Source of the DNA: an uncultured Acidobacteriota bacterium
Lineage (GTDB): Bacteria; Acidobacteriota; Vicinamibacteria; Vicinamibacterales; JAKQTR01
Direction of reading: 5' to 3'
NCBI GenBank assembly: GCA_963813325.1
Contig: CAWEYM010000002.1
Coordinates: 70,391-134,390, forward strand
Length of the DNA: 64,000 nucleotides
Made by a program: the position numbers and the translations under genes. Below are positions 47,093-54,630 of the stretch, piece by piece (the stretch's first letter is position 1; each line of letters begins with the position of its first letter). Below the pieces are notes generated by a model. It was not told the origin of the DNA and ran no database searches. It saw only the letters and a list, made by a program, of their open reading frames with translations.

Positions 47093-48034
47093 ATGGCGGC
47101 GTACCTGGTGACGGGTGGAGCGGGCTTCATTGGTTCCCATCTCGCGGAGGCCCTGGTCGATCGCGGCGAACGGGTGCGCGTGGTGGACAGCCTGGTGACC
47201 GGCAAGCGCAGTAACCTGGCGCACCTGCCGGCCGTCGAGTTCATCGAGGGCGACCTGGCCGACATGGCCGTCGCCCGGCGGGCCGTCGAGGGGATGGACT
47301 ACGTCCTGCACCAGGCGGCGATCCCGTCGGTGCCCCGCTCGGTCGCCGATCCGGTCACGTCCCACCGCTCGAACGTCGACGCCACGCTGAACGTGCTGGT
47401 CGCCGCCCGCGACGCGGGCATCCGCCGCGTCCTCTTTGCCGGATCGTCGTCGGTGTACGGGGATGCGCCGACGCTGCCGAAGCGGGAGGACTTCCCGACC
47501 CGGCCGCTGTCGCCGTACGCGCTGCAGAAGGCCATCGGCGAGGAGTACGGCCGCCTGTTCACGGCGCTCTACGGCCTGGAGTTCGTCAGCATCCGCTACT
47601 TCAACGTCTTCGGCCCGCGGCAGGACCCGTCATCTCCGTACTCCGGCGTCATCTCGCTCTTCATCAGGGGCCTGGTCGACGGGCGTGCCCCGACCATCCA
47701 CGGCGACGGCGGACAGACGCGCGACTTCACCTACGTGGCCAACGTGGTCGACGGCGTCCTCAGGGCGTGCCACGCCGATGGCGTGTCCGGCCAGGTGATC
47801 AACGTCGCGACCGGGGGGCGGGTGTCGCTCAACGAACTGTACGCGACGCTGTCGTCGCTGACCGGGTCGACAGTCGAGGCGATCTACGGCCCCGCGCGGG
47901 CTGGCGACGTCCGGCATTCCCAGGCGGACATCACGAAGGCGCGGCAGTTGCTCGGCTATGCGCCCCTCGTGTCGCTCCAGGAGGGCCTCGCCAACACGCT
48001 GGCGTGGGTTCGTGCCGACGTCGTCCAGGCCTGA
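47093..48034 (+). CDS. NAD-dependent nucleotide-sugar epimerase (extended SDR)
   Basis: Contains VTGGAGFIGSHL and the catalytic YALQK (YxxxK). An alternative GTG lies at 47087. Confidence 0.85.
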   Translation: MAAYLVTGGAGFIGSHLAEALVDRGERVRVVDSLVTGKRSNLAHLPAVEFIEGDLADMAVARRAVEGMDYVLHQAAIPSVPRSVADPVTSHRSNVDATLNVLVAARDAGIRRVLFAGSSSVYGDAPTLPKREDFPTRPLSPYALQKAIGEEYGRLFTALYGLEFVSIRYFNVFGPRQDPSSPYSGVISLFIRGLVDGRAPTIHGDGGQTRDFTYVANVVDGVLRACHADGVSGQVINVATGGRVSLNELYATLSSLTGSTVEAIYGPARAGDVRHSQADITKARQLLGYAPLVSLQEGLANTLAWVRADVVQA

Positions 48035-48162
48035 CCTCCCGCGCTGACCTCGCGCGCCTGTTCGGTCGTCCCTGAGGGGGCGTCAACCGGCGGCGCGCCA
48101 CGCGTCCTGCGCCGTTGCCCCGTCAACCTGCCAGATTGCCCATGTTTGCGGCGACAGCGGTG

Positions 48163-48184
48163 TGCCTGCAGGAGGCCGCAGGCA
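48163..48184 (+). promoter_or_regulatory. Inverted repeat TGCCTGC-N8-GCAGGCA (possible activator site)
   Basis: Read directly from the sequence. It lies about 120-140 bp upstream of the sigma-54-type promoter at 48303. A third TGCCTGC half-site lies near 48255. Confidence 0.3.
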
Positions 48185-48302
48185 ACTCCAGGTCACAGTT
48201 CCGCCGCCTCGCCGACGTCGCCGGCCGGCCAGGTTGAGTCGGCCGAGGCGGAAGTGCCTGCCTGACAACACGTTTCTCGAACGACCGCGCGCAGCGCGTG
48301 GT

Positions 48303-48318
48303 TGGCCGCCACCTTGCG
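48303..48318 (+). promoter_or_regulatory. Sigma-54-type promoter candidate TGGCCGccaccTTGCG
   Basis: The GG and TTGC elements are at exact canonical spacing, about 125 nt upstream of the comEA GTG. Confidence 0.45.
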
Positions 48319-48441
48319 CAATGACGACACGAGCCCTGTTCTCGCGCCCGACCCGGTGCCCGACCTCCGCCGGCAACGGCGTGGGGACGGGGCCCGCCAT
48401 TACTGCAGGCCCATGCCTGCCCATGCGAAAGGAGCCAGACC

Positions 48442-48786
48442 GTGCGTTATCCCACAGCGATTGCCTTGGCGTGCCTGCTCGCCGTCCTGACCGGTACGAC
48501 GGTGGCCGGCGCCGCCAGCCCGCAGACCCCGGCGACGACCTCCGAGGCCAAGGCCCTTGCGGGCCCGGTGGTCAACATCAACACCGCGACGGCCGCCCAG
48601 TTGGAGGCCCTGCCGGGCATCGGCCCGAAGATGGCGTCGCTCATCGTCGAGTACCGCCAGAAGAACGGCAACTTCAAGAAGATCGAGGAACTGATGAACG
48701 TGAAAGGCATCGGCGAGAAGAGCTTCCTGAAGCTGAAGGGCCGGCTGACGATCGGGGCCCCGGCCGCCGGCACGGCCGCCCGCTGA
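48442..48786 (+). CDS. comEA: ComEA-type periplasmic helix-hairpin-helix DNA-binding protein
   Basis: Has a signal peptide and the HhH motif INTATAAQLEALPGIGPKMASLIVEYRQKNGNFKKIEELMNVKGIGEKSF. The RBS AGGAG lies 8 nt upstream of the GTG. Confidence 0.8.
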   Translation: MRYPTAIALACLLAVLTGTTVAGAASPQTPATTSEAKALAGPVVNINTATAAQLEALPGIGPKMASLIVEYRQKNGNFKKIEELMNVKGIGEKSFLKLKGRLTIGAPAAGTAAR

Positions 48787-48816
48787 GGCTCGCCAGGCGC
48801 AGGAAGGGCGCGCAGG

Positions 48817-49479
48817 ATGCTGGCCCATCACTCGGCGTCGATGACCGCGCACCACGGAGCAGCCGTGGGTCGGCCCGCCCCCCGCGGATTGTGCCGGCCC
48901 TGCGCGCCGTCTGGCTTTACCCTCCTCGAACTGCTGCTGGTGGCGAGTGTCGCGGTCCTCGTCGCCGGAATCGGGATACCCGGAACACTCTCCGGGCTCG
49001 ACCAGGTCCGCGCGTCGGCTGCGGCCAGGTATGTCGCCGGCCGGCTGCAGGACGCCCGGATGGAGGCCGTGAAGCGGGGTGCTAATGTCGGCGTTCGCTT
49101 CACGACCGGGCCGTCGGGCGTGACGCTGGGCATGTTCCTCGACGGCAACAGCAACGGCGTCCTGGCACTGGACATCGCCAAATCCGTGGATGGTCCCATC
49201 ACGCCACCGGAGCGGCTCGAGGACCGCATCGGCGGAGCGTGCTTCGGCGTGGCGGACGGCGTCGGAGACCCCGAGACGGGGACGATGCTGCCGGCCGACC
49301 CGATTCGTCTCGGCTCGGGGAACATCCTGTCGTTCAGCCCGCTGGGGTCGGCCACCTCCGGCACTTTGTACATCCGCGGACGCGGGCGACAGCAGTACGC
49401 GGTGCGGGTGCTCGGGGCGACGGGCCGGGTGCGGGTGCTGCGGTACGACTTCGCGAGCCGTCAATGGACGACGCCGTGA
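48817..49479 (+). CDS. GspH/FimT-family minor (pseudo)pilin
   Basis: Has the prepilin cleavage/methylation motif G|FTLLELLLVASVAVLVAG and a GspH-like body. The C-terminal region has GRGR and GRVRV motifs. The RBS is AGGAAGG. Confidence 0.75.
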   Translation: MLAHHSASMTAHHGAAVGRPAPRGLCRPCAPSGFTLLELLLVASVAVLVAGIGIPGTLSGLDQVRASAAARYVAGRLQDARMEAVKRGANVGVRFTTGPSGVTLGMFLDGNSNGVLALDIAKSVDGPITPPERLEDRIGGACFGVADGVGDPETGTMLPADPIRLGSGNILSFSPLGSATSGTLYIRGRGRQQYAVRVLGATGRVRVLRYDFASRQWTTP

Positions 49480-49847
49480 ATCCGTCCGGCGATCGGCGCG
49501 CACATCGGCGAGCCGGACGAGAGAGTTTTCGGGCCCTGACGGCGCTGCGGGTACGGCCTGGCCGAGACGCCTGCCTGGTGAATCTCTCGTGCGGGGGCCT
49601 GGCGCTGGACGCCTACGCCCGTCTCTTGCCCGGTTCGGCTGTCGAGGTGCTCCTGGTCGCCGAGTCGGGCGTCCACGTTGTCAGGGGATCGATTGCCCGG
49701 TGCTACGTCGCTGGCATCCACCCGGACAGCGGTGTCCGCTATCGCGCCGGGGTGCGGTTCGACCACCCGCTGGGGGTGTCGGAGGTTTCGCGGTTGCGTG
49801 GGGCAGTTCCTTCCCACAATGAACTGGTTGGCCCAGCCCGTGAGTAG
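49464..49847 (+). CDS. PilZ domain protein
   Basis: Has RxxxR (RRAHRRAGR) and N-x-S-x-x-G (NLSCGG) motifs at PilZ-typical spacing. It overlaps the pilin gene by 16 nt. Confidence 0.7.
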   Translation: MDDAVNPSGDRRAHRRAGRESFRALTALRVRPGRDACLVNLSCGGLALDAYARLLPGSAVEVLLVAESGVHVVRGSIARCYVAGIHPDSGVRYRAGVRFDHPLGVSEVSRLRGAVPSHNELVGPARE

Positions 49848-49928
49848 TCCGTGCTCACGTGGCCGCCCTCGGGCTCGGCGAATGACCGCGATTGGCGCGA
49901 AGTTGGAGAAGCCGGCAGCAGGCTGCGT

Positions 49929-49944
49929 TGGCACCGCGCTTGAT
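49929..49944 (+). promoter_or_regulatory. Sigma-54-type promoter candidate TGGCACcgcgcTTGAT
   Basis: The -24 element TGGCAC is perfect and the spacing is correct, but -12 reads TTGA instead of TTGC. It lies about 40 nt upstream of the ATG at 49983. Confidence 0.3.
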
Positions 49945-49982
49945 AAGGAATCGGGATAGCGGCCCCTGGGAGTTTCGACACT

Positions 49983-51500
49983 ATGAGATGCGATGCCGGA
50001 CGTTGCGGCAATCTCGTCGGGCGAGTGGCGCGGCAGCCAGAGCGTCGTCGGGGCGCCGAGGCGATTGTCGCGGCCATCGTCTCCGGGATTCGTGGGCACG
50101 GCGCCGGCGTCGGACTGCGGGGGCTGTTCGAGGATGCCGTCGGAAGCGTGGTACCCGTGGTCAGCGTACGGCTGTGTTCTCCCGGGGAACACGAGCGCCT
50201 GGCGGCTGCGCCCGGCGGCGAGGATTCCGTCATCCGGATTCCGGTGCGTTCGTGTCCCGGATCGGAGCCCGCAGTACTGGAGCTGCACGCGGACCCGGCG
50301 CGCCCGCTCGACGCCTGGGACCGGCAGGTCGTGGCACGTTCCGCGCAGTTGGCGACGCTGGTGCTCGAGGTCGAGAGGACGCACGCGTGGCGCGAACTGG
50401 GCCGGCGGCCGTTTCGCGGGGAGGATGGCGCAGCGCCGCTCATCGGATCGAGCCGGGGGATGCGCCTGCTGCGCGAGAAGATCGAGCGCGTCGCCGCCAC
50501 CGATTTCACCGTCCTCGTGGAAGGTGAGAGCGGCAGCGGAAAGGAGCTGGTCGCCCACCAGATCCACGACCTCAGCCGGCGGCGGCGCGGCCCGTTCGTC
50601 GCGATCAACTGCGCGGCCCTGGTGGAATCGCTGCTCGAGGCCGAACTGTTCGGCATCGAGGACCGGACCGCCACCGGTGTCCGCGGACGACGTGGGAAGT
50701 TCGAACACGCGACGGGGGGAACCTTGTTCCTGGACGAGGTGGCCGACCTCTCGCTGTCGGCCCAGGCCAAGCTCCTTCGCGCGATCCAGGAATGCGCCGT
50801 CGAACGAGTCGGCGGTCACCAGACCTACCACGTGGACATCCGCCTGGTGGTCGCGACCAACAGACGGCTCACCGAGCTCGTGGACCACGGGCTGTTCAGG
50901 CACGACCTGTACTACCGTCTCAGTGGCATCGACCTGCGCGTGCCGGCCTTGCGCACCCGGCGGGAGGACATCCTTGAACTCGCCACGTACTTTCTCGACC
51001 GGCATGCGGCGGTCCGGCACCTGAGTCTCTCACCCCCGGCGTCCGATGCGCTCCTCACCTACGACTGGCCCGGCAACGTGCGCGAGTTGGAGCGATTGAT
51101 GGAGGGGGCCGTCGCCCTCGTGACGGGGACCCGGATTGAGGTGGACGATCTCCCGGCCGCGGTGCGCGGTCGGTTCTCGGACGCGCTCCTGCCGGCGCTC
51201 GAACAGGGCGACACGCTCCGGTGCTGGGGCGGGCGCTACGCGCGCCTCGTCTACGAGCGTTGCGGCCGCAGCAAGCGCGAAGCGTGCCGCGTCCTGGGCA
51301 TCAGCTACCACACCTTGCAGGGGTACCTTGCCCAGAGCGCGTTCGGCAGCGAAGCGGACTACGCTTCGTCGAAGCCACCGGAGGACGGAGGGGCGGTGCC
51401 GCCCGCAGCCGGCGCTGTGGGCCTCGCGTGGCCCGAGGAATCGGCGACGATGGCGCACCCGGCCGTTGCGGCGTGCGCCGAAGGGCCACCCGAACCGTAG
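49983..51500 (+). CDS. Sigma-54 activator-family AAA+ regulator with a degenerate GAFTGA loop
   Basis: Has Walker A GESGSGKE, Walker B LFLDEV and a C-terminal HTH SKREACRVLGISYHTLQGYL. The loop reads ELFGIEDRTATGVRGRRGKFE in place of ELFGHEKGAFTGA. The N-terminal sensory domain of about 150 aa is unassigned (GAF-like?). Confidence 0.85.
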   Translation: MRCDAGRCGNLVGRVARQPERRRGAEAIVAAIVSGIRGHGAGVGLRGLFEDAVGSVVPVVSVRLCSPGEHERLAAAPGGEDSVIRIPVRSCPGSEPAVLELHADPARPLDAWDRQVVARSAQLATLVLEVERTHAWRELGRRPFRGEDGAAPLIGSSRGMRLLREKIERVAATDFTVLVEGESGSGKELVAHQIHDLSRRRRGPFVAINCAALVESLLEAELFGIEDRTATGVRGRRGKFEHATGGTLFLDEVADLSLSAQAKLLRAIQECAVERVGGHQTYHVDIRLVVATNRRLTELVDHGLFRHDLYYRLSGIDLRVPALRTRREDILELATYFLDRHAAVRHLSLSPPASDALLTYDWPGNVRELERLMEGAVALVTGTRIEVDDLPAAVRGRFSDALLPALEQGDTLRCWGGRYARLVYERCGRSKREACRVLGISYHTLQGYLAQSAFGSEADYASSKPPEDGGAVPPAAGAVGLAWPEESATMAHPAVAACAEGPPEP

Positions 51501-51816
51501 TGCCGCTCGTCGACGGCGGGGGGCCGGGCGCAGCGCGGCTGCCAGGGCGAGGAGATCGAGCAGGACCGGAAGACGCGACGGCGAAGGCATCGCCGTGGTC
51601 CGGGGCCTGCCCGGGGAATGGTGAAGCGGGGCGCCAGCGGCCCCGACGAAGGAAACGGCGTGTGAGGTCGACCCCGCGCGGGGGCTTGCCGCGCACGCCG
51701 GGACGCCTCCGGCGGATTCGAGGCTGGCGGGGCGAGGCGCCGCTGCGGCGGCGAGAGGTCGCGCACCGGCCGGGCGGGCCTGCAGGCCCGCCACATCCGT
51801 CTGGTGGGAGGTGCGC

Positions 51817-52617
51817 ATGAGGAGCTGGATTCGTTGCTGCGGAGGGGGTCTGATGGGACTGCTGCTGACCGCGACCGGAGTGATGGCGACCGATTCAGGC
51901 GTCCGGGCCCCCGGCGATTACGGGCCGGCCTCGATCGGCGTCTTCGAGACCGAGCCGCAAGCGGCGCAGCTCGTGCTGACAACGCAGTCCGGCGCGACGT
52001 TGTCGGCTGCGCGGACCGACACCGGCGCCATCGCGATCCGCATTGTCAGCCAGGGGCTGGACGTGCGGAAGATCGTCAGGCCGGACGGGGGCTTCCTGGT
52101 CCGCCTGCGGGTGGGGGCAGACCTGGTGACGGCGCTCGGCGACCAGGGCCGCTTGACCGTGTCGCGCCGGGGACGCACGGTCGTGCTCGAGGCCGCGACG
52201 ATCAGTGAATCGCGGGCCGCCGAGGCGCGTGCCCTGCTGGCGCAGTCGCCCGCGGTGCGGCAGTTCCGCGCCATGGTCACCGCCTTGACGCCCGAGGACA
52301 TCGCCAACCCAGCCTGGGCAGGATTCCTGGTCACCGCGACCTACTTCAGCCTGCTCGACGGCGATACCGACGCGGCGCGCCGGATGGCCATCCGGGCACA
52401 GACCGCTCGCCGCGCGGCGAGCGAGTTCGAAGGGGGGCCTGCCTGCTACGACACGTACCAGATCGATGTCGTGGGAGCGTTCAACGACTACGAGATCTGC
52501 GTGAACAGCTTCGGCTGGTGGAACCCGATGAGCGAGCTGTGCCTGTTCGAGTGGGTGCTCAGGGCTGAGTCGGCGTGGTTCACCTTTCTTGGGTGCTCGT
52601 CGTTCCCCGTGAAGTGA
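51817..52617 (+). CDS. Secreted hypothetical protein with Cys-rich C-terminus
   Basis: Has the signal-like N-terminus MRSWIRCCGGGLMGLLLTATGVMA and a C-terminal region with 5 Cys (CYDTYQ..EICVNSFGWWNPMSELCLFEW..FLGCSS). No family was recognised. The start is uncertain (51811, 51817 or 51853). Confidence 0.5.
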   Translation: MRSWIRCCGGGLMGLLLTATGVMATDSGVRAPGDYGPASIGVFETEPQAAQLVLTTQSGATLSAARTDTGAIAIRIVSQGLDVRKIVRPDGGFLVRLRVGADLVTALGDQGRLTVSRRGRTVVLEAATISESRAAEARALLAQSPAVRQFRAMVTALTPEDIANPAWAGFLVTATYFSLLDGDTDAARRMAIRAQTARRAASEFEGGPACYDTYQIDVVGAFNDYEICVNSFGWWNPMSELCLFEWVLRAESAWFTFLGCSSFPVK

Positions 52618-52625
52618 GGGCAATC

Positions 52626-52823
52626 ATGGACAAGTCGACCTGGAAATGGGGTGCCGACGTGGTGATGGGGGTGCTGCTGGCGGGGCTGGTGGCCCCGGCA
52701 ACACTGGCCTTGCCGGCCCCGTGGCGGGGCCCCTGGATGCTGTGGACCGTGCTCGCCCTGTCGGTCGGGGCGGTCACGGGAGCCCGGCTCCTGTGCGCGC
52801 GTCGGGCGAAGACCCGCCAGTAA
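52626..52823 (+). CDS. Small two-TM hypothetical protein
   Basis: The protein is MDKSTWKWGADVVMGVLLAGLVAPATLALPAPWRGPWMLWTVLALSVGAVTGARLL. The gene starts 9 nt after the upstream stop. Support is weak. Confidence 0.35.
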   Translation: MDKSTWKWGADVVMGVLLAGLVAPATLALPAPWRGPWMLWTVLALSVGAVTGARLLCARRAKTRQ

Positions 52824-52986
52824 CCCGCCCTGCGGGACGAGCGCCGCCCGGACGCCCCCACGGGCCCGGGAGCCCGGCGCTGCGCCGGAGGGCCGGAAAC
52901 CGCGTCTGCCCGGGGAGCGGAGGCTTGACCGGGTCGCCACCGGCATAGTACCGTTGGCAGGTTTTCGGCCCCTCTCGCGCATCCCC

Positions 52987-54105
<1,119 letters not shown>

Positions 54106-54107
54106 AC

Positions 54108-54479
54108 ATGTATCCAGCGGATCGCAAGTACACGAAGGACCACGAGTGGATCCAGGTCGCGGGCGACGCGGGCAAGGTGGGGATCACGGACTACGCGCAG
54201 CAGCAGCTCGGCGACGTGGTGTACCTCGAATTGCCGCAGGTCGGCCGCACGTTGAAGCAGGGTGAGAGCTTCGGCACGGTCGAGTCGGTCAAGGCGGTGT
54301 CCGAGCTGTACAGCCCGGTGTCGGGCCAGGTGATCGCCGTCAATACCGCCCTCGCCGAGAAGCCCGAGCAGGTGAACAGCGACCCGCACGGCGCGTGGAT
54401 GGTGGAGATTCGCGTGAGCCAGCCCGCCGAGTTGTCGGTCCTGCAGGAAGCCGCGGCCTACACGGACCTGGTCAAGTAG
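54108..54479 (+). CDS. gcvH: Glycine cleavage system H protein
   Basis: Contains YTKDHEWI and the lipoyl-lysine context TVESVKAVSELYSPVSG. Confidence 0.9.
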   Translation: MYPADRKYTKDHEWIQVAGDAGKVGITDYAQQQLGDVVYLELPQVGRTLKQGESFGTVESVKAVSELYSPVSGQVIAVNTALAEKPEQVNSDPHGAWMVEIRVSQPAELSVLQEAAAYTDLVK

Positions 54480-54630
54480 CGGGGGAGTCCGTCAGGGACG
54501 GGCCTGCGTGGCGCGCCGGGGGGCCGCGCGGCAGGCCCTCGGCCGCGCCAGCCCTCCAGCGTCAGCGCCAGGCCCTGTCGGGCCGCCGCGCCCCGAGCGG
54601 GCGACCGCCCGATCCCACGTGAGGTCATCC

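Noticed and set aside
51802-51816. Sigma-54-like TGGtgggaggtGCGC immediately before the hypothetical gene
   Set aside because: GG and GC are correctly spaced, but the flanking consensus is poor and the element abuts or overlaps the candidate start codons.
52824-52986. Glycine riboswitch upstream of gcvT
   Set aside because: This is the expected location. However, I could not find the conserved aptamer cores (GGAGAG .. CGCCGAAGGAGCAA .. CUCAGGCAAAAGGAC-like blocks) or a consistent P1 pairing. A cmsearch with RF00504 would be decisive. A sigma-54-like TGGCAGgttttCGGC at 52955-52969 was also judged too weak and too close to the ATG.
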